Positions 1 through 15,010 of a stretch of DNA of 64,000 bases are shown piece by piece (the stretch's first letter is position 1; every line of letters starts with the position of its first letter). The notes under the pieces are model-generated. The model was not told the DNA's origin, ran no database searches, and was given only the letters and a program-made list of their open reading frames with translations. Where the stretch lies: assembly GCF_009914755.1 (NCBI RefSeq), contig NC_060947.1; one strand, 5' to 3'. The stretch comes from the human T2T-CHM13v2.0 reference genome, Homo sapiens. Made by a program: the position numbers and the translations under genes.

Positions 1-3000
1 GGGCATCCTTGTCTTGTGCCGGTTTTCAAAGGGAATGTTTCCAGCTTTTGCCCATTCAGTATGATATTGGCTGTGGGTTTGTCATAAATAGCTCTTATTA
101 TTTTGAGATACATTCCATCAGTACTTAGTTTATTGAGAGTTTTTAGCATGAAGATGTGTTGAATTTTATCGAAGACCTTTTCTGCATCTATTGAGATAAT
201 CATGTGATTTTTGTCATTGGTTCTGTTTATGTGATGGATTACGTTTATTGATTTGCGTATGTTGACGTGAACCATCCTTGCATCCCAGGGATGAAGCCAA
301 CTTGATCGTGGTGGATAAGCTTTTTGATGTGCTGCTGCATTTGGTTTGCCAGTATTTTATTGAGGATTTTTGCATCAATGTTCGTCAGGGATATTGGCCT
401 GAAATTTTCTTTTCTTGTTCTGTCTCTGCCAGGTTTTGTTATCAGGATGATGCTGAACTCATAAGATGAGTTATGGAGGAGTACCTCTTTTTCTATTGTT
501 TGGAATAGTTTCAGAAGGAATGGTACCAGCTCCTGTTTGCACCTCTGGTAGAATGCGGTTGTGAATCCGTCTGGTCCTGGGCTTTTTTTGGTTGGTAGTC
601 TATTAGTTACTGCCTCAATTTCAGGACTTGTTGTTGGTCTATTCAGGGATTCGATTTCTTCCTTGTTTAGTCTTGGGAGGGTGTACGTGTCCAGGAATGT
701 ATCCCTTTCTTCTAGATTTTCTAGTTTATTTGCATAGAGGTGTTTATAGTATTCTCTGATGGTAGTTTGTACTTCTCTGGGATCAGTGGTGATATCCCCT
801 TTATTGTTTTTTATTGTGTCTGTTTGGTTCTTCTCTCTTTTCTTCTTTATTAGTCTGGCTAACAGTTTATCTATTTTGTTAATCTTTTCAAAAAACCAGC
901 TCCTGTATTCTTCGATTTTTTGAAGGGTTTTTCATGTGTCTGTCTCCTTCAGTTCTGCTCTGATCTTAGTTATTTCTTGTCTTCTGCTAGCTTTTGAATT
1001 TGTTTGCTCTCGCTTCTCTAGTTCTTTTCATTGTGATGTTAGGGTGTTGATTTTAGATCTTTCCTGCTTTCTCCTGTGGGCATTTAGTGCTATAAATTTC
1101 CCTCTAAACACTGCTTTAGCTGTGTCCCAGAGATTCTGGTATGTTGTGTCTTTGTTCTCATTGGTTTCAAAGAACTTACTTATTTCTGCCTTAATTTTGT
1201 TATTTACCCAGTAGTCATTCAGGAGCAGGGTGTTCAGTTTCCATGTACTTGTGTGGTTTTGAGTGAGTTTCTTAATCTTGAGTACTAATTTGATTGCACT
1301 GTGGTCTGACGGACTGTTATGATTTCCGTTCTTTTGCATTTGCTGAGGAGTGTTTTACTTCCAATTATGTGGTCAATTTTAGAATAAGTGCAATGTGGTG
1401 CTGAGAAGAATGTATATTCTGTTGATTTGGGGTAGAGAGTTCTGTAGATGTCTATTAGGTCCACTTGGTCCAGAGCTGAGTTCAAGTCCTGAATATCCTT
1501 GTTAATTTTCTCTCTCGTTGATTTGCCTAATATTGACAGTGGGGTGTTAAAGTCTCCCACTATTATTGTGTGGGAGTCTAAGTCTCTGTAGGTTTCTAAG
1601 AACTTGCTTTATGAATCTGGGTGCTCCTGTATTAGATGCTTATATATTTAGGATAGTTAGCTCTGGTTGTTGCACTGATCCCTTTACCATTATGTAATGC
1701 CCTTCTTTGTTTTTTTTTGATCTTTGTTGGTTTAAAGTCTGTTTTAGAGACTAGGTTTGCAACCCCTGCTTTTTTTGCTTTTAATTTGCTTGGTAAATAT
1801 TCCTCCATCCCTTTATTTTGAGCCTATGTGTGTCTCTGCACATGTGATGGGTTTCCTGAATACAGCACACCGATGGGTCTTGACTCTTTATCCACTTTGC
1901 CAATCTGTGTCTTTTAATTGGGGCATTTAGCCCGTTTACATTTAAGGTTAATATTTTTATGTGTGAATTTGATCCTGTCATTATGATCCTAGCTGGTTAT
2001 TTTGCCTGCTAGTTGATGTGGTTTCTTCATAGTGTTGATGTTCTTTACAATTTGGTATATTTTTGCAGTGGCTGGTACTGGTTTTTTCTTTCCATATTTA
2101 GTGCTTCCTTCAGGAGCTCTTGTAAGGCAGGCCTGGTGGTGACAAAAATCTCTCAGCATTTGCTTGTCTGTAAAGGATTTTATTTCTCCTTTGCTTATGA
2201 AGCTTAGTTTGGCTGGATATGAAATTCTGGGTTGAAAATTATTTTCTTCAAGAATGTTGAATATTGGCCCTCACTCTCTTCTGGCCTATAGGGTTTCTGC
2301 AGAGAGATCCGCTGTTAGTCTGATGGGCTTCTCTTTGTGGGTAACCCGACCTTTCTCTGGCTGCCCTTAACATTTTTTCCTTCATTTCAACCTTGGCAAA
2401 TCTGATGATTATGTGTCTTGGGGTTGCTCTTCTCAAGGAGTATCTTTGTGGTGTTCTCTGTATTTCCTGCATTTTAATGTTGGCCTGTCTTGCTAGGTTG
2501 GGGAAGTTCTCTTGAATAATATCCTGAAGAGTGTTTTCCATCTTGGTTCCATTCTCCCTGTCACTTTCAGGTACACGAATCAAACGTAGGTTTCATCTTT
2601 TCACATAGTCCCATATTTCTTAGAGGCTTTGTTCGTTCCTTTTCTTTTTTTTCTAATCTTGTCTTCACACTTTATTTCATTAAGTTGATCTTCAATCTCT
2701 GATATCCTTTATTCCGCTTGATTGATTTGGCTACTGATACTTGTGCATGCTTCACGAAGTTCTCATGCTGTGTTTTTCAGCTCCATCAGGTCATTTATGT
2801 TCTTCTCTAAACTGGTTATTCTAGTTAGCAGTTCCTGTAACTTTTTATCAAGGTTCTTAGCTTCCTTGCATTGGGTTAGAACATGCTCCTTTAGCTCGGA
2901 GGAGTTTGTTATTACCCACCTTCTGAAGCCTACTTCTGTCAAATCATCAAACTCATTCTCTGTCCAGTTTGTTCCCTTGCTGGCGAGGAGCTGTGATCCT

Positions 3001-3660
3001 TTGGAGGAGAAGAGGCATTCTGGTTTTTGGAATTTTCAGCCTTTTTGCACTGGTTTTTCCTCATCTTCGTGGATTTATCTACCTTTGGTTTTTGATGTTG
3101 GTGACCTTCGGATGGGGTTTCTGTGTGGACATCCTTTTTGTTGATGTTGACACTATTCCTTTCTGTTTGTTAGTTTTCCTTCTAACAGTCAGGCCCTTCT
3201 GCTGCAGGTCTGCTGGAGTTTGCTGGAGTTCCACTCCAGACCCTGTTTGCTTGGATATCACCAGCAGAGGCTGCAGAAAAGCAAAGATTGCTGCCTGTTT
3301 CTTCCTCTGAAAGCTTCGTCCCAGAGGGGCACCGACCAGATGCCAGCCAGAGCTCTCCTGTATGAGGTGTCTGTCAACCCCTGCTGGGAGGTGTCTCCCA
3401 GTCAGGGGGGAAGGGGGTCAGGGACCCATTTGAGGAGGCAGTTTGTCCCTTATCAGAGCTCGAGCACTGTGCTGGGAGATCTTCTGCTCACTTCAGAGCC
3501 AGCAGGCAGGAACGTTTAAGTCTGCTGAAGCTGTGCCCACAGCTGCCATTTCCCTCAGGTGCTCTGTCCCAGGGAGATGGGAGTTTTATCTATAAGCCCA
3601 TGACTGGGGCTGCTGCCTTTCTTTCAGAGATGCCCTGTCCAGAGAGGAGGAATCTAGAGA
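1..3660 (-). mobile_element. L1PA-type LINE-1 (older primate subfamily): 5' part of ORF2, ORF1 and partial 5'UTR; degenerate; continues left of the window
   Basis: Minus-strand ORF fragments match ORF2 endonuclease (MTGSNSHIKILTLNVNGLNAPIKRHRLA at 1981; MGDFNTPLS) and ORF1 (ENTLQDIIQENFPNLARQA). There are many frameshifts, and the 5'UTR stops abruptly near 3660. Confidence 0.93.
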
Positions 3661-4459
3661 GCTTGTTCTACATTTTGGAAAGTATTCTTTTGTCATTGGT
3701 ATTGTCTTTTTTTTCATTTGCCAGTTTGTTGTTAGGTTTTTTTTAACCTTGCTTTGCTGTTTGTTGTGCCAAATATAAATTTTAAAATTTTTAGCTACTA
3801 ACAATTTATCATCTTGTTTTGAAAGTTTTTTTTCCTTCTGCAAAATTATAAAAATATTCTTTTATAGTTTGTCTGGTATTTTCATGGTTCCATTTTAAAT
3901 TCAAATCTTGGATCCACCTGTAATATACTTTCATGTAAAAGTAAGGTAGATTATAATAGATCTTTTCTATTACACTTTAATACAGAGGTATAGGGAGGAG
4001 AAAGGAGAGTTTATGAGAATGTTGTATACCTGGGACGAGTGAAATATTGACAAATTGTGGAGTCAAAGGGCTGTCTTCTCTTTCCTCAGTGTCCTCTCTG
4101 GATGGTACCCAAAGAAAAGTTTAAGTCAACTGGAGGTATGCCAGCTAAGGGAAAAATACGTTTAAACATTTTTGGAAAAATCACAACTTTTACTCAATAA
4201 GTTTTTGTTGTTGTTGATGTGAAAAGCTAGGAAAAAATAGGAGAAATGAAACTGCTTCTTTTGTGATTTTTGTGTTGCTGTTGTTTTGGTGGATAGACCT
4301 TTTCCTCTCATGACTAAAGACTTACGGTGACTTGTGTTATTGCTACATTTCCTTTATGTGCATCCCAGTGGGATACTTGTCTACAATGATGACCTTTACA
4401 AGAAGATGCTCATTTACTTAGTGAACAAATATTTTTCAGTTATCTATCAAGGAGGCAGA

Positions 4460-5650
4460 TATGGAGTGGTGGTTATGTTTGTCCTCTGGAATCAGACTAC
4501 TTGTGTTTAAATTCCAGTCTGATCACTTATTAGCTGTGTGATCTTGGGAAAGTTATTAAACTTTTCCATGTCTCAGGATCCTCATCTGCAAATGGGGATA
4601 TTAATACCTTACAGGATTTTTGTGAATGTTAGAACAGTTTCAAACATATAGTAAATAATTTATAAACATGAGCTTTTGTTAATGCTTATCACTGGAGATA
4701 GAGCACAACATGTATGGTCCTACGTTTTATGAACCTTGCATTCTTGAGAAATTAAAAATTACAAATTGCAGTATTACTCCTTAAAAAGTTAAGGGACTGA
4801 GTATAATGGAGTGGGAGAAGAATCCTCCTTTAAATAACATGGGCAGGGAAGGCCTCTCTGAAGAGGGGACGTTTAAGCTGAGACTTGATCCTTGAGAAAA
4901 AACTTGCAATTTCAAAAATAGAGGGAAGAATGTTCCAGGCTGCGGGAACATCTTGTACAAAAATACCAGGTACAGAGAGTTTGGTAAATTCAAATATTTG
5001 AAAGAAGACTATTATGGTTGGAGAGCAGGGAATGCAAAATGCAGTTTATGAAGTGAGGTTCATGACGTAGGCAGGACCTTGTAGACCAGGGTAGGTAGTT
5101 AGGATTTTTATTTTAAATTCTGTGGGAAATTACTGAAGAAGGGAGGGACACGATACCATTTTTCCTTCTTAAAAAGATTGCTCTTGTTGTTGTGTTGTAT
5201 TTGTATCAGAGAAAGGTAAATTTTGGAAACGGGAAAAAAGCTTTGAGGCTCTTGACAGTGAGCCAAATAAGAGCCTAGGTGGCAGCGGAGATGGAGATAC
5301 ATTGACAAATACAGATATATTTTGAGGTCAAATAAACAAAGGTGATGGAAAAAAGTTAGAATCATAGACGATACCCAGCTTTCTGGCTTCAATAAAAGGT
5401 TTGATGTGGTATCAATTTCTGAAAGGGGGGATACTGAGAAAACGATCAGGTTTGGGGAGGGGCTTGACAATTCAAAGTTCTATTGTGAACATGCTGAATT
5501 TGAGGTGTCTATTAGACATCCAAGTGGAGATGTGGAGTAGTAATTTGGATTCATGAAACTGGAGTTTAGGGCCAGCTTTTAGATGATATTTAAAGTCATA
5601 TATCTGGATGAGATAACCTAGGGAGATTAAAAAGACAAGAGGACCTGGGA
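4460..5650. mobile_element. Ancient MIR and L2 fragments
   Basis: MIR core-like 'ttattagctgtgtgatcttgggaaagtta..cctcatctgcaaatggggata', then L2-like 'ggcagggaaggcctctctgaagaggggacgtttaagctgagac' and 'tgaggtgtctattagacatccaagtggagatgt'. Boundaries are approximate. Confidence 0.6.
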
Positions 5651-8600
5651 TCATATATATAGAATGTATATATAAATATATATAGAATATATACAAAAAT
5701 ATATATATAGAATATATATACAAATATATATAGAATATATACGAATATATATAGAATATATATGAATATATATAGAATATGTATAAATATATATATATTC
5801 GATATATATAAATATATATTCTATATATATGAATATATATCGAATATACATATATAGATATATAAATATATATAGAATATATATATTTATATATATAGAA
5901 TATATATATTTATATATATAGAATATATATATTTATATATATAGAATATATATATTTATATATATAGAATATATATATTTATATATATAGAATATATATA
6001 TAGAAATATATAAACATATATATAGAAATATATATATAGAATATATATAAAAATATGTATAGAATATATATAAAAATATATATATAGAATATATATAAAA
6101 ATATATATAGAATATATATGTAGAATATATAAAAATATATATAGAATATATATAAATATATATAGAATATATATAAATATATATAGAATATATAAAAATA
6201 TATATATAGAATATATAGATATATATATAGAATATATGAATATATATATAGAATATATATATAAATATATATAGAATACATACAAATATATATATAGAAT
6301 ATATCTATAAATATATATATAGAATATATCTATAAATATATATATAGAATATATCTATAAATATATATAGAACATATCTATAAATATATATAGAATATAC
6401 ATATGAATATGTACACAGAATATACATATGAATATGTACATAGAATATACATATGAATATGTACATAGAATATATATATGAATATGTACATAGAATATAT
6501 ATATAGAGTATATATAAATATATACATGAATATATATAGTATATATATAGAATATATATAGAATATATAGAATATATATAGAATATATAGTATATATATA
6601 GAATATATAGTATATATATAGAATATATATAGTATATATATAGAATATATATAGTATATATATAGAATATATATAGTATATATATAGAATATATAAATAT
6701 ATAGAAAATATATAAAATATATATACAAATATATAGAATATATACAAATATATAGAATATATATACAAATATAAAGAATATATATAAATATATAGAATAT
6801 ACATACAAATATATAGAATATATACAAAAATATATAGAATATATATACAATATATGTAGAATATATATATAGAATATAAGTATAAATATATATAGAGAAT
6901 ATATATAAATATATACAGAATATATATATAAATATATATATACAGAATATATATAAATATATATACAGAATATATATAAATACATGTACAGAATATATAT
7001 AAATATACATACAGAATATATATAAATATACACACAGAATATATATATAAATATACTCACAGAATATATATAAATATATACATAGATATATATAAAAATA
7101 TATACAGAGAATATTTATAAATATATACAGAGAATATATACAAATATATATAGAGAATATATATCTAAATATATATAGACAGAATATATATATATAGAAT
7201 ATATGTATAAATATATATGGAGAGAATATATATAAATATATAGAGAGAGATATAAATACAAATATATGGAGAGATAACATACAAATATATATACAGAGAA
7301 TATATATATAAATATATATAGAGAGAATACATATATATAGAGAGAATATATATAAAAATATATATAGAGAGAATATATATATAAATATATATAGAGAGAA
7401 TATATATATAAATATATAGAGAGATAATATATATAAATATGTATAGAGAGAATATATATAAATATATATAGAGAATATATATAAATATATATAGAGAATA
7501 AATATAAATATATAGAGAATATATAAATATATATAGAGAATATATAAATATATATGGAGAATATATAAATATATAGAGAGAAAATATATAAATATATAGA
7601 GAGAATATATATAAATGTATAGACAGAATATATATAAATATATAGAGAGAATATATATATAAATATATATAGAGAATATATATAAATATATATAGAGAAT
7701 ATATATAAATATATAGAGAGAATATATATAGAGAGAATATATATATAAATATATGGAGAGAATATATATATAAATATTTAGAGAATATATATAATATATA
7801 GAGAATATATAAATAATATATGAATATATACATAATATATATATAAATATCTACATAGAATGCATATATAAATACATATACATAGAATACATATATAAAT
7901 ACTTATACATAGAATACATATAAATACATACATAGAATATATATAAATACATAGAATATATATAAATACATATGTAGAATATATATAAATACATATATAG
8001 AGAATATATATGAATACATATATAGAGAATATATATACATACATATATAGAAGATATATATACATAATATATAGAGGATATATCTACATAAATATATATA
8101 GAGGATATATCTATGTAGAATATATATAGAGGATATAGCTATATAGAATATATATAGAGGATATATCTATATAGAATATGTATAGAGGATATATCTACAT
8201 AGAATATGTATAGAGGTTATATCTATATAGAATATATATAGAAGATATATATAGAATACAGATAATATATAGAATATATATAGAATATAGATAATATATA
8301 TAGAATATATAGAATATATATAGAATATACATATAGAATATATATAGAATATATAGAATATATATAGAATATATATAGAATATATACATAGAATATATAT
8401 AGAATATATATAAAGAATATATATAGAATATAGAAACATATAGAATATATAGAAATATATATATAGAATACATATATAGAATATATATATAGAATAGATA
8501 TATAGAATATATATATAGAATATATATAGAATACATATATAGAATATATATCTAGAATATATATGTAGAATATATATGTAGAATATATATATAGAATATA

Positions 8601-11600
8601 TATATAGAATATATATAAATACATATAAATATATGTAGAATATATATATAAATATACACAGAATATATATATAAATATATGTAGAATATATATAAATATA
8701 TATATAGAATATATAAAAATATATTTATATGGAATATACATATATAAATATATATAGAATATATAAATATATACATAGAATATATATATAATATATACAT
8801 AGCATATATATAAAAATATATACATAGTATATATAAATATATACATACAATATCTATAAATATATATCTATATATAAATATATATGTAAGTATATATAAA
8901 TATATATAAGTATATATGAATATATAAATGAATATATATAGAATATACAAAAATATATATATAGAATATATATAAATTTATATGTAGAATATATATAAAT
9001 ATACATATGTAGAATATATATATGTAGAATATATATAAATATATAAAAATATATATAAAAATACATATAGAATATATATAAAATATATATATGGAATATA
9101 TATACAGAATATATTCATAAATATATATAGGGAATCTATACATAAATATATGTAGAGAGAATATATACATAAAAATATATATACAATATATACATAAATA
9201 TTTATATAGAATATATACGTAAATATATATAGAATATATACATAAATATATATACAGAGAATATATACATAAATATATAGAGAGAATATATACATAAATA
9301 TATAGAGAGAATATATACGTAAATATACATAGAGAGAATATATACATAAATATATATAGAGAGAATATATAAGTAAATATATACAGAGAGAATATATATG
9401 TAAATATATATAGAGAGAATATATACGTAAATATATATGGAGAGAATATATACATAAATGTACAGAGAGAGAATATATACGTAAATATATACATAGAGAA
9501 TATATATGTAACTATATATAGAGAGAATATATACGTATATATAGAGAGAATATATACGTAAATATATAGAGAATATATACGTAAATATATATAGAGAGAA
9601 TATATACGTAAATATATATAGAGAGAATATATACGTAAATATATAGAGAGAATATATACGTAAATATATATATAGAGAATATATATGTAAATATATAGAG
9701 ACAATATATACGTAAATATATACCGAGAATATATACACATATATAGATTATATACACATATATAGATATATACACTAATGCATATAGAATATATACACAA
9801 ATGCATATAGAATATATACACAAATGCATATAGAATATATACACAAATGTATATAGAATATATACACAAATGTATATAGAATATATAAATATATATATAG
9901 AATATATATAAATATATATGGAATATATATAGAATATATATAAATATATATAGACTATATAAATATATATAGAATATATAAATATATATATAGAATATAT
10001 ATAGAATATATAGAATATATATAGAATATATAGAATACATATAAATATATAGAATATATATAAATATATAGAATATATATAAATATATATATAGAATATA
10101 TATAGAATATATATAGAATACATATATAAATATATATGTAGAATAGATATATTTATATATAGAATATACATATAATATATATAGAATATACATATAAATA
10201 TATATAGAATATACATATAAATATATATAGAATATACATATAAATATATATGTAGAATATACATATAAATATATATATAGAATATACATATAAATATATA
10301 TATAGAATATACATATAAATATATATATTATATATATAGAATACATAAATATATATAAAATATAAATATAGAATATACATATAAATATATATATCAGATA
10401 TATAGAATACATAAATATATATAAAATATATATATAGAATATGTATAGACATATATAGAATATATAGATATATATAGAATATATATAGATATATATAGAA
10501 TATATAGAAATATATATTATATATAGAATATACATATAAATATATATGGAATATATATAGAAAATATATATAGAATATATATAAATATATATAAAGAATA
10601 TATATAGAAAATATCTAAATATATATATAGAATATATATAGAATATATATATAGAATATGTAAATATATATATAGAATATATAAATATATATAGAATATA
10701 TTTAAATATATATAGAATATATATAAATGTATATAATATATATATAAATATATATCTAGAATATATATAAGTATATATCTAGAATATATATAAGTATATA
10801 TCTAGAATATATATAAATATATATCTAGAATATATATATAAATATATATCTAGAATATATATAAATATATATCTAGAATATATATAAATATATATCTAGA
10901 ATATATATATAAATATATATCTAGAATATATATGTAAATATATATCTAGAATATATGTAAATATATATCTAGAATTTATATGTAAATATATATCTAGAAT
11001 GTATATGTAAATATATATCTAGAATGTATATCTAGAATATATATATCAAGAATATATATATCTAGAATATATATAAATATATATGTAGAATTTATATATA
11101 AATATATATCTAGGATATATATATAAATATATATCTAGGATATATGTATAAATATATATCTAGGATATATGCATAAATATATATCTAGGATATATATCTA
11201 GAATATATATATTCTGTATAGAATTCTATATATATTCTATATAGAATATATATATAGAAAATATATATAAATACAGAATATATAGATATTCTATATATCG
11301 ATATCTATATAGAATATATATCTATATATAGAATATCTATATATAGATATATATGTAGAATATATCTATATATAGATATATATGTAGAATATATCTATAT
11401 ATAGATATATATGTAGAATATATCTATATATAGATATATATGTAGAATATATCTATATATAGATATATATGTAGAATATATCTATATATAGAATATATAT
11501 AGAATATCTATATTAGAATATATATAGAATATCTATATTAGAATATATATAGAATATCTGTATATGAATATATATAGTATATCTATATATAGAACATCTA

Positions 11601-13757
11601 TATATAAAATATATATATAGAACATCTATACATAGAACATCTATATATAGGACATCTATATATAGAACATCTATATATACGGCATCTATATATAGAACGT
11701 CTATATATAGAACATCTATATATAGAACGTCTATATATAGAACATCTGTATATAGAACGTCTATATATAGATCATCTGTATATAGAACGTCTATATATAG
11801 ATCATCTGTATATAGAACGTCTATATATAGAACATCTGTATATAGAACGTCTATATATAGAACATCTGTATATAGAACGTCTATATATAGAACATCTATA
11901 TATAGAACGTCTATGTATAGAATATCTATATATAGATTATCTATATAGAATATATAGAATATCTGTATATAATGCCTATATAGAATATATAGAATACCTA
12001 TATATAGAATATCTGTATAGAATATATGAATATCTATATATATAGAAGATCTACATAGAATATATAGAATATCTATATATATAGAATATCTATAGAGAAT
12101 ATATAGAATATCTATATATATAGAATATATATAGAATACATAGAATATCTATATATAGAATATCTATATAAAATGTATAGAATATCTATATATAGAATAT
12201 CTATATAGAATATATATATAAATATCTATATAGAATATGTATATATAAAATGTATAAAGAATATATATATAAATATGTATATATAGAATATATATAGAGA
12301 ATATATATACAGAATATATATAGAATATATATACAGAATATATATAGAATATATAGAATGTATATAGAATATATAGATATATATAGAATATATGTAAATA
12401 TGTAGTATATATAAATACATATAGAATATATATATTTATATATAGAATATATTTATAGAATATAGATATTGAATATATATAGAATATATTTATAGAACAT
12501 ATATAAATATATATTAATATATATTCCATATATAAATATATAGAATATATTATATTCATATATAAATATATAGAATATATATATTCTATATATATATGAA
12601 TATATATATTCTCTATATATAAATATATAGAGTATATATTCATATATAAATATATATGAATATATATACTATATATAAATATATAGAGAATATATACATA
12701 TTCATATATAAATATATATGAATATTTATATTTAATATATATTTAAATATATATGAATATATATATGAATATAGGATATTTATATGAATATATAAATATA
12801 TGAAATATTTTGTATATTCATATAGAAATATATAAATATATAAATATATATAAATATATATATAAATATATAAATATATATAAATATATAAATATATGAA
12901 ATATTCATATATAAATATATATGAATGTATTTATTCATATAAAGATATATGAATATATATTCATATATATAAATATATGAATATATATTTTCTATATATA
13001 AATATATATTCATATGTAAATGTATATGCATATGTACATTCATCTATGTAAATATATGAATATGTACATTCATCTATGTAAATATATGAATATGTACATT
13101 CATCTATGCAAACATATATGTGAATATGTATATTCATATATGTAAATATATATGATTATGTATATTCATATATGTAAATATATATGAATATGTATATTCA
13201 TATATGTAAATATATACTATATATAGAATATATATGGTATTTATATAAATACATATACTTTATAAATATAAAATATATATACTATATATAAAATATATAT
13301 AGTATATATAAATATATAGTGTATATATATAAAAATATATATAGAATAAATATGTATTTATAATATATATAGAATATATGAGTATATATATAATATATGT
13401 AGAATATATGAATATATACATAGAATATATAAATATATAGAATATATATAAATATATAGACAGAATATATATAAATATATATGGAATATATAAATATATA
13501 TATGGAATACATATAAATATATATATAGAATATATAAATATATATAGAATATATGTAAAAATATATATAGAATATATATAAATATATATAGAATATATAT
13601 ATAAATATATATAGAACATATAAATATATTTTTAGAATATATATAAATATATGTATAGAATATAGATATAAATATCTATATAGAATATAGATATAAATAT
13701 ATGTATAGAATATAGATATAAATATATATATAGAATATAGATTTAAATATACCTATA
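5651..13757. repeat. ~8.1-kb AT-rich compound tandem array ((TA)n interrupted by GAA, modular units of ~9-30 bp)
   Basis: Continuous TATATAGAATATATATAAA-like units, with block-wise variants visible by eye. Confidence 0.98.
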
Positions 13758-14183
13758 TTCTAGTTCCTGGCACAAATCAGGTGATTAATAAATGTTTGTT
13801 AAACAAACTAATGTATGAATGAAATGAATGAGATATTGAGCTATTAGCAAAGTACAATTTTGTCATCTGTAAAATGGCAATAATACAAGGATCTTGTTTT
13901 AGGACAGGATTTAAAGCAATAAAAAATTTTATAGTAGGTAGCACGTTTTGAATTAACTTAACTACTATTAGCTCTCTGCACTTTGGGTCCTCATTCACAA
14001 AATAGGGGCAGTAACTTCTGCCTTGCTTCCTTCACAAGGCTATTTGTGAAGCCTGCAGGAATTAGTGCTTGACTCTATAAGTGGTTATTAATATTAATGT
14101 TTTAATAGGCCCGTACCTGCATCATACAGCTGCTCTGCTCTTCCCATCCTCTGGCAAGGTTATTTAAATGAAAACGCGTCTTT

Positions 14184-14482
14184 TATTTTATTTTTTTGAG
14201 ACAGGGTCTCAGTCTGTCACCCAGGCTGGAGAGCAGTGGCACAATCATTGCTCACTGCAACTTCTGCCTCCCGGGCTCAAGTGATCCTACCACCTCAGCC
14301 TTCCAAGTGGCTGGGACTATAGGTACGCGCCACTACGCTCCGACTGATTTTTGTATCTTTTGTAGAGATGGGGTTTTTCCATGTTGCCCAGGCTCATCTC
14401 CAACTCCTGTCCTCAAGCGATCCGCCCCAACTCGCTCTCCCAAAGAGCTGGGAGTACGGGAGTAGGCCACCGCGCCTGGCCA
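14184..14482 (-). mobile_element. AluJ-like element
   Basis: 'tttttgagacagggtctc..ccaggctgga..ccaccgcgcctggcc'. Flanking TSD aaaacgcgtcttt (14171-14183) / aaaactcgtcttt (14483-14495). Confidence 0.9.
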
Positions 14483-14499
14483 AAAACTCGTCTTTAAAG

Positions 14500-15010
14500 A
14501 GACCCGATACTCCCTGCGTGTCAGCCCAGCCTGGTCCAACCAATTATACCAGAAACAACACCCTACTGCGAGGTCCTTCAGAGGCAGAGTTGGATTTTAA
14601 AATACCCAGCTCCACCCCTTCCTGTTAGGCTTTCGCGTGTCGCAGCTGTGCACGCTGATTGGTCCTCTGCTGGCCAATCACCACTGCACTTCATGACGGC
14701 TGTAGTTTTCAAAATCCCAACTGGGCTGGTGGAGGGTCGCAGGTGTCAGGTTGAGACGGACTCGAGTCGCTATAGTAAGGAGCTCCGTTCATTTCCTTGG
14801 CCTCTCCTGGTCTAGGGGTGCGTCGATGGTCTTTGCTGTCTGTCCTCGATCTCGGTGTGAGGTAGGCGCCTTTGGGCAAGTACTGCTGGCTCCAGCGTCC
14901 GGCTCTGTCGCCTGCCAGTGGGTCCTTGGGCGTCACTCCAGCCCCTTGCTGAATTCTGTTGCTGGGATGCGCGGCGTTCCTGTAAGGAAACTTTTCAATC
15001 TCCTGTCGAT
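14500..15010 (+). promoter_or_regulatory. CCNB3: CpG-rich putative CCNB3 promoter / first exon region
   Basis: The most CpG-dense unique stretch in the window. CCAAT boxes at 14540-14544, 14658-14662 (ATTGG) and 14674-14678; E2F-like TTTCGCG at 14631; reverse CHR-like TTCAAA at 14708-14713. Candidate donors ATA|GTAAGG (14774/5) and GAG|GTAGGC (14861/2). The TSS cannot be determined from sequence. Confidence 0.65.

Noticed and set aside
11640-11930. Regular 15/30-bp repeats that superficially resemble a CRISPR array
   Set aside because: There are no unique spacers or cas genes; this is a eukaryotic tandem repeat.
5651-13619. Many long minus-strand ORFs (up to 555 aa) rich in Tyr/Ile/Phe
   Set aside because: These are artefacts of the (TA)n/TTC repeat having few stop codons on that strand. 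They overlap in all frames and have no protein-like complexity.
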